From contig DATAHR010000139.1 in the NCBI GenBank assembly GCA_036263035.1, positions 1 to 55,179 of the forward strand: a stretch of DNA of 55,179 nt. The letters run 5' to 3'. Made by a program: the position numbers and the translations under genes. This document shows, piece by piece, positions 35,302 through 46,253 of this stretch; positions within the stretch are counted from its first letter, which is position 1, and every line of letters starts with the position of its first letter. Under the pieces are notes generated by a model. It did not search any database and had not been told where the DNA came from. It worked only from the letters and a program-made list of their open reading frames with translations. The DNA comes from Gaiellales bacterium (lineage in GTDB: Bacteria > Actinomycetota > Thermoleophilia > Gaiellales > JAICJC01).

Positions 35302-38300
35302 CTATTCCGTGGAGACGCCCTGATCACCCTGCATCCCGACCGGCACGACGGCGCGGAAGCACCAGCGGGCGTCGCGGCGCAGGCGGGCTGCCTCGGCCGC
35401 CTCGGCCGGCTGCCCCGATGCGCGCAGCTCCTGTTCGTATGCGCCGAGCAGCTCCCCGACGTCCCGCTCTCCGTCGGCGTCGAGGGGCTCGAGGGCCACG
35501 CGCGCAGCAGCGGCGAAGCGCCGGCGGATGGCCGTCTCGTCCAATCCACGCTCCGGCTCGTGGCGCAGATAGACCACGCCGCCCGTCATGCCCGCGAAGG
35601 CCCACGGCCCGACGTCGCCGAGCACCACGGCCCGGCCGGCGGTCATGTACTCGAATGCGAAGCCCTTGATCTGCGCCGCGGCCGCCGCCGGCCGCGACCG
35701 CACCGGCCAGCGCGGCTCGCCGCCGATCACCATGTCGGCGCCGGACAGGCGGATGCCTGCGCGGGCGTCGGCCTCTCCCTGCACGATCAGCAGGCCCTCC
35801 TGCGCGCCATACGCGAACCCCTTCCCCACGTGGCCGCCTCGCAGCACGCCGTCGGCATCCGGCGCCTTGAGGACGACCACGCGAGCGCCGCACGCGCCCT
35901 TCGCCGTTCCATCCTGCGCCCCGCCGCGCACGCGCACCGAGAGCCCCGCCGGCGCGAATGCCGCGAGCCCGGAGCCGGCCACGCTGCCGGTTGCCACGTC
36001 GACCTCCGCCGTGCGGGCGTCGAACCCGGGCTCGAGCACGGTCTGCGCGAAGGCGGTGAGCAGCGCACGATCGCTGCCCGACGCCACCGCCGGCAGCTGC
36101 ACGACCTGCTCCCGTGCCGCCCGCAGCCTGCCGGCCAGGACATGCGTGAGCGCCGGCGTGCGGCAGCCGGGCCGGCGGGGGCGCGACGGTGCGGCCGGCT
36201 CCAGCATCGGCGCGAGGTCGATCCGGTCGCGGCCGCGAGCCTGCACCAGCAGGTCCGACCTGCCCACCAGCTCCTGCGCCGAGGAGCCGCCGAGGCCGGC
36301 GACCAGCCGTCGCAGCTCGGCGGCCGTCTGGTCGAAGAAGCGCCACAGCCTGGTCACACCGTCCGCGGGCTCGACGGGTGTGAACCGCTTCAGACCGCGC
36401 GCCGCGGCCTCGTTCTCGTCCTCGATCTGCGTGGCGATGCCGACGTGGCAGGTGTCCGCCTGGCACGCTCGGCAGACGGTACAGCCGAGGGCGACCATCG
36501 ACATGGTGCCGAAGCCGGTCCGGTTGGCGCCGAGCAGCATGAGCTTGAGGACGTCAGCCGCGGTGCGGACGCCGCCGTCGGCCCACAGCTCGACACCGTC
36601 GCGGAGCCCGGCCTCGCTGAGCGCCCGGTGGGCGAGCACGAGGCCCAGGTCGCTGGGCAGGCCGGCGTGTCGCAGCGCGTGGCGCCGCGCGGCGCCGGTG
36701 CCGCCGTCGTAGCCCGACAGCGTGATCACGTCCGCGCCGGCCTTGGCGATGCCGACGGCGATGGTGCCGATGCCGCTGACCACGGGCACCTTCACGCCGA
36801 CGCGCACGTCCGGGTTGCTCGCCCGCAGCTCCTCGACGATCTGGGCCAGGTCTTCGATCGAATAGAGGTCGTGGTTGTTCGACGGGGAGATCAGGTCGAC
36901 GCCGGGCGAGGCGGACCGGGCGGCGGCGACGCGGGCGGTGACCTTGCTCCCCGGCAGGTGGCCGCCCTCCCCCGGCTTCGCGCCCTGGCCGATCTTGATC
37001 TCGATCATGCGGCAGGACGCGAGCATGCGGGCGTTCACGCCGAAGCGGCCGCTGGCCACCTGCTGCGCGCGGTTGCGCGGGCTCCAGCCGATCAGCTCGG
37101 GCAGCTCGCCGCCCTCGCCGTTCATCGCGATGATGTCGAGGCGGGTCGCGGCGGCGAGGTAGGCGCGAAAGGCCGCCTCGCCCTGGGAGCCGAAGGACAT
37201 GGCGCTGATCACGAAGGGCAGCGCGTGGTCTCCGACCCGCAGGTCGACAGACTCCGGGTCGCGTGCCGGACGTGTGCGCAGATCGAGCAGATGGCGGAGC
37301 GCCACCGGGTGCTCACGCTCGACATCCGTTGCCTGATCGGAGAACGAGACGTAATCGCCGCGGCCGTCGGCAACCGCGCCGGCCGCCTTCCACAGCTTCG
37401 GCGCCATCCGGAAAACCTGGCGGGGGCGGTCCGCCCGCGCCGGCCGGCGCGGCGGCAGGCTGCCCGGCAGCAGCGCGGGACACGGGAACTCCCGGGCCGC
37501 GTCGGGGTGCAGGCCGATCGAGGCGAAGGCCGGGCCGTAGCCGGCAAGCTCGTGCGTGCCCATCGTGGAGAGCACCTTCTCGAGGCCCTTCTCGAGCGCC
37601 GCCTGCAGCCGCCGCCAGCGCGCCGGCCCGGCCAGCGACCAGAGCGCGTAGGGCTCGACCGCGGCGGCGCCGGTGCCGAGTGCGACGGCGATGTCGTGCA
37701 GGTTGCGGAGGCCGCCGGCCGCCAGCGCGACGGATGCGCGCCGGTGCAGCCTGCGGTCGCGCAGCCGGCGGGTGACCATTGCCAGCGCCAGGTGCGGGTC
37801 GAGGTCGGCGCCGAGCCGGTCGTCGAGCAGGATCAGCGCCGCGCCGTCGAGGACGGCCGCCTCCGCGGCGTCGGCGACGTCGTGGCGGAGAGGCAGGCGG
37901 AGCCAGGGCAGGCCGTCGGGCGAGGGCAGCAGCGGGGAGTCGAGCTGCCACATGGACGCGGGCGCCCCCGGCGCGGGACGCCGGCCGGCGAGCCCGCGGA
38001 GGGAGAACTGCTCGCGCTCGCGATCGCGGTCGATGGCCGGATTGGTGACGACGGCGACCTCCTCCTTGAAGTGATCGGAGACGGTTGCGCCGTCGTCGAA
38101 CACGGCCAGCGGGCCGTCGTAGCCGAGGGAGCCGATCGGCTCCTCACCGGTGTCGGCCATGGACTCGAGCATGGCCAGGTCGTCGCGGGTAAAGGCGTGG
38201 TCGGCCGGCTCGACCGGGGCAAAGGCGGGGCGGCCGAGGCGGGGGCGGGTGAACCGCGAGCGGCGAGCCGCGCCGGCCAGGGACGTCGAGAGGGAGGGTT

Positions 38301-39378
38301 GACGAGCCCCCGGCCGGCGCAGATCGATCAGCACCCGCTCACCGGGTGCAAGCGGTGCGGGCTCGTCGTCGAGCTCGCTGACGTTGAGCACGCCCGGCTC
38401 CGACGACAGCCACAGCTCGCCGGGCGTGCGCATCCGCCAGAGCGGGCGCAGCCCGAGTCGGTCGACCGCGGCGCAGAGCGTGTCACCGCTGCGGGCGAGC
38501 AGGGCGGCGGGCCCCTGGGCGACGGGGCCGATGACGGCGCGGTGGTAGCGGTCGAGGGGCGTCGCGGGGCGGACCGGCGGCAGCAGCATGGCGAGCACCT
38601 CGGCCAGGTTGAGGCCGCGGTCGAGCAGGAGGGCGACCAGCAGGTCGAGGTCCTGGGTATCGCTCGCACCCGGGAGAGGGCCGGCGCCGAGGCCGGGCAG
38701 CTCGAGGCGCAGCCGGCGGATGGTGTTGATCTCGCCGTTGTGGGCGATGCGACCGAAGGGCTGCACGCGCTCGAAGGCGGGGAGCGTGTTGGTGGAGTAG
38801 CGGCTGTGGGCGACGGCCACGCGGGTGCCGAACAGCGGGTGCTGGAGGTCGCGGGCGAACGCGGTCAGGGTGCCGGGGTCGCCGAGCACCTTGTAGACGC
38901 AGCTGCTTCGAGAGAGGGAGGCGACGTGGATGCCGGCGCGCTCGAGCGCAAGCCACGCCTGCAGGAGCGAGGCATCCTCGGGGACGAGCAGGGCCGCCTG
39001 CCAGAGCGCCGGCGTGCCATCGCGGCCGTCTGGGCCGATCGCAGAGGGGTCGACGTCCTGCTCGAGCAGGGCCAGCAGCTCGAGCCCGGTCGCGCGGAGT
39101 GCCTGCTCCGGGTCCTCCGCGGCCAGGTGGGCAACCGCGAAGGCCCGGCTGTCCACGACGTCGCTTCGCAGGCGGTCGCGCCAGAGCCTGCGGGGGATAT
39201 CGACCTGGACGCCGCAGCCGTCGCCCTCACCGCCCGTGCCGCCGGCACGGTGCGCCATTCGCTCGAGCGCAGCCACCGCGTGGCGCAGAGGCCACGCCGA
39301 GGCGCGGCCGTTGCGGGCCACCACCGCGGCAAGCGCACAGGCGTCGTGCTCGGGCTGAGCTGTCCGGTTCGTCGGCAA
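35302..39378 (-). CDS. gltB: glutamate synthase large-subunit-like protein (1358 aa)
   Basis: Ntn amidotransferase Cys in PEHDACA. FMN domain (ISPSNNHDLYSIEDL, GYDGGTGA). 3Fe-4S motif GCTVCRACQADTCHVGIATQ. C-terminal GXGXG-type domain. TTG start, and no gltD adjacent. Confidence 0.9.
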   Translation of the reverse strand: MPTNRTAQPEHDACALAAVVARNGRASAWPLRHAVAALERMAHRAGGTGGEGDGCGVQVDIPRRLWRDRLRSDVVDSRAFAVAHLAAEDPEQALRATGLELLALLEQDVDPSAIGPDGRDGTPALWQAALLVPEDASLLQAWLALERAGIHVASLSRSSCVYKVLGDPGTLTAFARDLQHPLFGTRVAVAHSRYSTNTLPAFERVQPFGRIAHNGEINTIRRLRLELPGLGAGPLPGASDTQDLDLLVALLLDRGLNLAEVLAMLLPPVRPATPLDRYHRAVIGPVAQGPAALLARSGDTLCAAVDRLGLRPLWRMRTPGELWLSSEPGVLNVSELDDEPAPLAPGERVLIDLRRPGARQPSLSTSLAGAARRSRFTRPRLGRPAFAPVEPADHAFTRDDLAMLESMADTGEEPIGSLGYDGPLAVFDDGATVSDHFKEEVAVVTNPAIDRDREREQFSLRGLAGRRPAPGAPASMWQLDSPLLPSPDGLPWLRLPLRHDVADAAEAAVLDGAALILLDDRLGADLDPHLALAMVTRRLRDRRLHRRASVALAAGGLRNLHDIAVALGTGAAAVEPYALWSLAGPARWRRLQAALEKGLEKVLSTMGTHELAGYGPAFASIGLHPDAAREFPCPALLPGSLPPRRPARADRPRQVFRMAPKLWKAAGAVADGRGDYVSFSDQATDVEREHPVALRHLLDLRTRPARDPESVDLRVGDHALPFVISAMSFGSQGEAAFRAYLAAATRLDIIAMNGEGGELPELIGWSPRNRAQQVASGRFGVNARMLASCRMIEIKIGQGAKPGEGGHLPGSKVTARVAAARSASPGVDLISPSNNHDLYSIEDLAQIVEELRASNPDVRVGVKVPVVSGIGTIAVGIAKAGADVITLSGYDGGTGAARRHALRHAGLPSDLGLVLAHRALSEAGLRDGVELWADGGVRTAADVLKLMLLGANRTGFGTMSMVALGCTVCRACQADTCHVGIATQIEDENEAAARGLKRFTPVEPADGVTRLWRFFDQTAAELRRLVAGLGGSSAQELVGRSDLLVQARGRDRIDLAPMLEPAAPSRPRRPGCRTPALTHVLAGRLRAAREQVVQLPAVASGSDRALLTAFAQTVLEPGFDARTAEVDVATGSVAGSGLAAFAPAGLSVRVRGGAQDGTAKGACGARVVVLKAPDADGVLRGGHVGKGFAYGAQEGLLIVQGEADARAGIRLSGADMVIGGEPRWPVRSRPAAAAAQIKGFAFEYMTAGRAVVLGDVGPWAFAGMTGGVVYLRHEPERGLDETAIRRRFAAAARVALEPLDADGERDVGELLGAYEQELRASGQPAEAAEAARLRRDARWCFRAVVPVGMQGDQGVSTE

Positions 39379-39474
39379 GGAGGTAGTGAATCATATGAGT
39401 CGTCACAACGCAACTTGTGAAACACTTGTTACGACTCGCGAGCGTTCCGTGACCAACGAACACGTCCCGAACGG

Positions 39475-39642
39475 GTCACAGCGGCCGTAACGGTGTCAAA
39501 GACCCCACGTGCGGTCGTGACGGCGGCGTGACTCACCTGTGACACGCGAGGCCCCAACCAGAGCCAAACCGCTTCCTCACCCGAATTATTGGAGTCAAAG
39601 CCCCACCGGGTGGGCGTGACCGTGGCGTGACGGTTTCGTGAC
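39475..39642 (-). promoter_or_regulatory. conserved non-coding module, copy 2, upstream of gltB
   Basis: On the plus strand, GTGAC at 39517, 39528, 39539, 39616, 39627 and 39638, all in 11-bp register. ATTATT at 39585-39590. 17-mer at 39578-39594 and 15-mer at 39607-39621, both identical to the reverse complement of copy 1. Confidence 0.6.
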
Positions 39643-39750
39643 GGGTTGGCCGGCGCCGAAATCGCACGCGGATCGTTACGTCGTCGTTGCGGGATCGAGA
39701 CGTTCGGCGCCTGCGGTCGAGCGCCTGTCGCCGCCGTGCTCGCCGGGGCG

Positions 39751-39870
39751 CTACTTCCCCCTGAGCCGGTTCCACCACTCCCGGATGCGCTCGCCCAGCG
39801 GGCGCTTCGGGCGCGGCGGCTGCACCGGCTCGTGCATCCCGCTCGGCTCGTTGAGAGGTTCCTCGCTCAT
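39751..39870 (-). CDS. possible small protein (39 aa)
   Basis: MSEEPLNEPSGMHEPVQPPRPKRPLGERIREWWNRLRGK. Third positions are almost all G/C. It lies 16 nt downstream of the RpiR-family gene. I see no homology. Confidence 0.3.
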   Translation of the reverse strand: MSEEPLNEPSGMHEPVQPPRPKRPLGERIREWWNRLRGK

Positions 39871-39886
39871 GTGACAGACGGTACCC

Positions 39887-40765
39887 CTAGTACGTGCCGA
39901 ACTGCTTCCACAAGCGCTCGGCGAGATCCCGCCTCTTGCTGACCCGGCCCGACCGCGCCGCGATCGCCGCCGCGAGCGCCTCGATCAGCACGATCCCCGG
40001 AGCCGCCGTGTCGAACTCCCCCGCCTCCGCCGGCGCGCAGGCCAGCACGTGCGTCGCCAGATCGGCGCCCGGAGCCATCAGGTCGTCGGTCACCAGCACC
40101 ACCGGCGCGCCCGCCTCGTGAAAGCTCTGGATCACCTGCTTCGTCACCCTCGCATAGCGACGGAACGTGAACGCGACCAGGCGATCGCCGGGCTCCAGGT
40201 CGATCAGCTGATCGGCGATGCCGGGCTCGCCGGCGGCGATCGGCCACGTGTTCGAGAGCAGCGGGTTCAGCAGGTAGTACGCGTACTCCGCGAGCGCCGC
40301 CGACTTGCGGTGGCCGAAGATGCCGATCTTGCCGCTCCCCTTCGCGAGCAGCGCCACCGCTGCCGCGAACTGCTCGCGATCCACCCCTCCGCGCATCGCC
40401 TCCAGATCCGCCCGCGCGCGCGTCGCCACGGCGTCGACCATGTCGCCGCGTCCGCTCTCCTCCCGCACGACGGACAGCCGCGCCACCGCCTCACCGCGGA
40501 GTGCCTCATGCAGCTCCGCGAACCCCGAGAAGCCGACACGGTTCGAGAACCGGACCACCGCCGCCTTGCTGACCCCCGTCTGCGCCGCCAGCGACTCCGC
40601 CGTCTCGAACGGCGCATGGGCAGGATGGTCGAGCAGGTGGTGCGCGATGCGCCGGTCGTTCGGCGAGAGCTGATCCAGGTGCCGCCGGATGCGGTCGGCG
40701 ACGGAGGTCACGGAGCCACGCGGTCGGACATCGCGCTGCATGTTAACGACGAGAGGGCGCCCCAA
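39887..40765 (-). CDS. MurR/RpiR-family transcriptional regulator (HTH + SIS)
   Basis: N-terminal HTH (AESLAAQTGVSKAAVVRFSNRVGFSGF) and a SIS domain (GKIGIFGHRKSAALA). The start may be the internal ATG 40741. Confidence 0.85.
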   Translation of the reverse strand: MGRPLVVNMQRDVRPRGSVTSVADRIRRHLDQLSPNDRRIAHHLLDHPAHAPFETAESLAAQTGVSKAAVVRFSNRVGFSGFAELHEALRGEAVARLSVVREESGRGDMVDAVATRARADLEAMRGGVDREQFAAAVALLAKGSGKIGIFGHRKSAALAEYAYYLLNPLLSNTWPIAAGEPGIADQLIDLEPGDRLVAFTFRRYARVTKQVIQSFHEAGAPVVLVTDDLMAPGADLATHVLACAPAEAGEFDTAAPGIVLIEALAAAIAARSGRVSKRRDLAERLWKQFGTY

Positions 40766-40802
40766 ACGGGACGCCCTCTCGCGTACATCGGGTCGGGGGC
40801 CG

Positions 40803-43355
<2,553 letters not shown>

Positions 43356-43731
43356 CCTCGTGCCCCCTTTCCTGTCGCTCGTCGATAATGAAGTCTGATG
43401 ATGTGAAATGCCCCGACCGCGGCCCGTCAAGTCGCGTGCCGCGGGGCACGATCTGTCTGACGGTCCGTCCGGGGAGTGAGACCAGGCAAGTATACCACCC
43501 GGCCCTGCCGGGCCCTTCTCGCGCCGGCCGGTTCGTGGCCGTGTATTCGGCGTGTGCGAAGCGTCTCTTGAGAGGCAGTTTTGGAGCCCGCGAACAGGGG
43601 AGCCGTCAGACCCCGCCGCAGCCGGCGGCCGGGTCGGCGCGCCGGATCGTCTCGGAGGAGGCCAGGGTCACGTGTGCGTCATCACCGTGGCGCTCGTCAA
43701 AGCGGAGACGCTCGGGTAGTCTCTGCCGCCG

Positions 43732-43905
43732 ATGACGATGACCGGCTGGCAACGCTCCGCCCTGATGGCACTTCCCGCCGCGATCGTGTTGACCATCATC
43801 CTCGCGCTCTTCAACGTCGCCGGGATCGTCGGGTTCGTCCTCGCCTTCATAGTCTGCTTCATCGTGATCCAGGCGTACCGCTCTCGCACCGGGCGTGCGA
43901 CGTGA
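43732..43905 (+). CDS. small two-TM membrane protein (57 aa), hypothetical
   Basis: MTMTGWQRSALMALPAAIVLTIILALFNVAGIVGFVLAFIVCFIVIQAYRSRTGRAT. Below the track threshold. Preferred over the antisense 100-aa ORF 43668-43970. Confidence 0.45.
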   Translation: MTMTGWQRSALMALPAAIVLTIILALFNVAGIVGFVLAFIVCFIVIQAYRSRTGRAT

Positions 43906-44051
43906 GATCGATCTGACTCGACGAACCCGCGCTGGCGAAAGCCTGCACTGAGGGCCGACATCGCCGCCACGCTGGCGGCGCCGCCCGGGGCAGCGCCGTT
44001 TCCGTTGCCAAGCCGATACGACGGTGCCGGTCGTGCACCAATCGCGGGGGG

Positions 44052-44080
44052 GACGGAAAAGGGCCCGGCACTTTTCCGTC
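44052..44080. repeat. palindrome copy B, a possible bidirectional terminator after lysS
   Basis: GACGGAAAAG-GGCCCGGCA-CTTTTCCGTC, with 10 perfect outer pairs plus 3 inner pairs. It lies 10 nt beyond the lysS stop, between convergent genes. Confidence 0.7.
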
Positions 44081-44089
44081 ACCCCAGCG

Positions 44090-45559
44090 TCAGGGCGCGC
44101 CGGGCTCTTGCCGCGGCCGCATCGCCGGGAACAGGATCACCTCGCGGATCGACGGCCGGTTCAGCAGCACCATCATCAGCCGGTCGATGCCGATCCCGAC
44201 GCCACACGTCGGCGGCATCCCGTACTCCAGCGCCAGCAGGTAGTCCTCATCCATCGGCTGGGTCTCCTCGTCGCCCATCGCCGCCGCCCGCCGCTGCTCC
44301 TCGAAGCGCGCCCGCTGCTCGACCGGATCGTTCAGCTCGCTGTAGCCGTTACCGAGCTCCATGCCGTTGCAGAGCGGCTCGAACCGCTCCACCAGCGACG
44401 GATCGCCGGCCTTACGCTTCGAGAACGGCGACAGCTCGACCGGGTAGTCGACGATGAACACCGGCGTCGTCGTCCGCGCCTCGACGAAGTGCCCGAGCAG
44501 GTGGTCGACCGCGTTCGCCCACGTGTGGTCGCCGGACGTGTCCAGTCCCTGCTCCTGCATGAACCGCACCAGCCGGTCGCGGTCGCGATCGGCCAGCGGG
44601 TCGATGCCCGCCTCCTCGATGATCGCCTCGCGGAGCGTCCTCCGCGGCCACGGCGGCGACAGGTCGATCTCGCATCCCACCGCCGTGCCCGCACGCGAGA
44701 CCACCTGCTCCACCAGCGCCATACCGTCGCGGTAGTCCGCATACGCCTGGTACCACTCGAGCATCGTGAACTCCGGGCTGTGCTTGAAGCTGACGCCCTC
44801 GTTGCGAAAGTCCTTCCCCAGCTCGTAGACCCGATCGAGGCCGCCCACGATCAGCCGCTTCAGGTACAGCTCGGTGGCGATGCGCAGGTAGAGCGTGCGC
44901 TCGTACTCCTCCGACTCGGTTGTGAACGGCCGGGCCGCGCCGCCGCCGTAGATCGGCTGCAGGACGGGCGTCTCCACCTCGACGAACCCGGCCTCGTCGA
45001 GCGTGGCGCGGATCGCCGTGATCGCGCGCGATCGGGCGACCGCGTCGCGGCGGGACTCCTCGCTCGTGATCAGGTCGACGTAGCGGTGCCGGTAGCGGAG
45101 CTCGGTGTCGGTCAGCCCGTGCCACTTCTCGGGCAGCGGCCGCAGGCACTTCGCGAGCAGCTGCCACGCCTCGACCCGTATCGACAGCTCGCCGCGGCGG
45201 CTCTGGAACACCTCGCCGTCGACGCCGATCACGTCACCGAGGTCGAGGTCGCGGAACGCCTCGTAGTCGGGCGTGGCGTCGGCCGTCGCGTGCAGCTGGA
45301 TGCGCGCGGCGCCGTCGTCGAGATCGAGGAACTGTGCCTTGCCGTGGCCGCGGCGGCCCATGATCCGCCCGGCGACGCGCACCCGCTCCCCGGTCTCGGC
45401 ACCGGCCTCGAGGCCCTCGTAGCGCGACCGCACCTCCGCGATCGGCACCCGGCCCTCGAAGCTGTTTGGGTACGGCTCGGTTCCGCCGGCCCGCAGCTCG
45501 TCGAGCTTGGCCAGGCGGTCGCTTCGGATCTGCTGCTCGGCGTCCTGCGGCTCGGTCAT
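44090..45559 (-). CDS. lysS: lysyl-tRNA synthetase, class II
   Basis: 489 aa. N-terminal OB anticodon-binding domain. Class II motifs (FRNEG, GGLDRVYELG, GIGIDRL). Confidence 0.95.
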   Translation of the reverse strand: MTEPQDAEQQIRSDRLAKLDELRAGGTEPYPNSFEGRVPIAEVRSRYEGLEAGAETGERVRVAGRIMGRRGHGKAQFLDLDDGAARIQLHATADATPDYEAFRDLDLGDVIGVDGEVFQSRRGELSIRVEAWQLLAKCLRPLPEKWHGLTDTELRYRHRYVDLITSEESRRDAVARSRAITAIRATLDEAGFVEVETPVLQPIYGGGAARPFTTESEEYERTLYLRIATELYLKRLIVGGLDRVYELGKDFRNEGVSFKHSPEFTMLEWYQAYADYRDGMALVEQVVSRAGTAVGCEIDLSPPWPRRTLREAIIEEAGIDPLADRDRDRLVRFMQEQGLDTSGDHTWANAVDHLLGHFVEARTTTPVFIVDYPVELSPFSKRKAGDPSLVERFEPLCNGMELGNGYSELNDPVEQRARFEEQRRAAAMGDEETQPMDEDYLLALEYGMPPTCGVGIGIDRLMMVLLNRPSIREVILFPAMRPRQEPGAP

Positions 45560-45571
45560 CGGCCGCGGAGT

Positions 45572-46048
45572 CTACGCGGCCTTGATGCTCATGATCTGGA
45601 GCTTGATGGAACCGCTCGGCGCGGCCACCTCGACCACGTCGCCTTTCTTGTGGCCGAGCACGGCCTTGCCGACCGGCGATTCGTTCGACAGCCGGTTGTT
45701 CGCGGGGTCGGCCTCGGCCGAGCCGACGATCTCGTACTCGTCGGTCTCGCCGTCGTCGACGTACTTGACCTTGACCTTGGAGCCGATCGACACCACGTCC
45801 TTGGGGATGTCCGTCGTGTCGATCACGCGAGCCCCGCGGAGCTGCTCCTTCAGGCGGGCGATGCGGTTCTCGAGCAGCGCCTGCTCGTTCTTGGCGTCGT
45901 CGTACTCGGAGTTCTCGGAGATGTCCCCGAACTCGCGGGCGGCCTTGATCCGGTCGGCGACCTCGCGGCGCTTGACCGTTTCGAGCTCCTCAATCGTCGC
46001 CTTCAGCTTGTCGTACCCGGTCTGGGTGAGGATGACGTCTTTCTCCAC
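45572..46048 (-). CDS. greA: transcription elongation factor GreA
   Basis: ILTQTGYDKLKATIEEL..., ENSEYDDAK, C-terminal FKBP-like domain. GTG 46048 with AGGGGA upstream. 12 nt before lysS. Confidence 0.9.
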   Translation of the reverse strand: MEKDVILTQTGYDKLKATIEELETVKRREVADRIKAAREFGDISENSEYDDAKNEQALLENRIARLKEQLRGARVIDTTDIPKDVVSIGSKVKVKYVDDGETDEYEIVGSAEADPANNRLSNESPVGKAVLGHKKGDVVEVAAPSGSIKLQIMSIKAA

Positions 46049-46253
46049 GACAGTTCCCCTGGTGGTGTGATCGCGGAACCGTGCCGGAACCGCACGACTA
46101 CGTGCATACGCGGCGCCCACCGGAAACCGCACATTTGCAGCGGTTTTCCCCGGCCGACACCGCGGAACGCCGGATTGTACCCGCGGCCCGCACGTCCCGT
46201 CAACCAGCGCGTGACATGCAGCACGAACTGCAGGCTCGGGTACCCTTCGCCGC

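Noticed and set aside
34612-39420. 1602-aa plus-strand ORF, and similar very long ORFs in the track (40689-43388 +, 44024-46558 +, 21167-23059 -, 32186-34240 -, 26656-28566 +, 10667-12829 +)
   Set aside because: All are Arg/Ala/Gly/Pro-rich low-complexity translations. They lie antisense to genes with unmistakable family motifs (radA, gltB, clpC, lysS and others). Stop-poor antisense frames are expected in DNA this GC-rich.
39395-39490. 31-aa plus-strand ORF (MSRHNATCETLVTTRERSVTNEHVPNGSQRP) preceded by a perfect AAGGAGG at 39377-39383
   Set aside because: Third codon positions are only about half G/C, unlike every convincing gene here, and the spacer to the ATG is 11 nt. The SD is simply the complement of the ACCTCCTTG that contains the gltB TTG start. 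The region reads better as the gltB promoter/operator.
39601-39616. Short hairpin CCCAC-ccg-GTGGG inside module copy 2 (and CACC-cgaca-GGTG in copy 1), considered as evidence for a conserved RNA stem
   Set aside because: The stems are only 4-5 bp and are not at equivalent positions in the two copies. This is insufficient to claim covariation.
43356-43731. Search for CtsR-type (GGTCAAA repeat) or other recognisable operators and for an RNA gene in the 376-bp region upstream of clpC
   Set aside because: I found only isolated short hairpins (for example CGTGCC-gcgg-GGCACG) and a lone TTGACG. I saw no tandem heptads, no second copy elsewhere in the window, and no convincing promoter.
43668-43970. 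100-aa minus-strand ORF from the track
   Set aside because: The composition is not protein-like and there is no SD. The opposite strand encodes a cleaner two-TM 57-aa ORF with GC-rich third positions.
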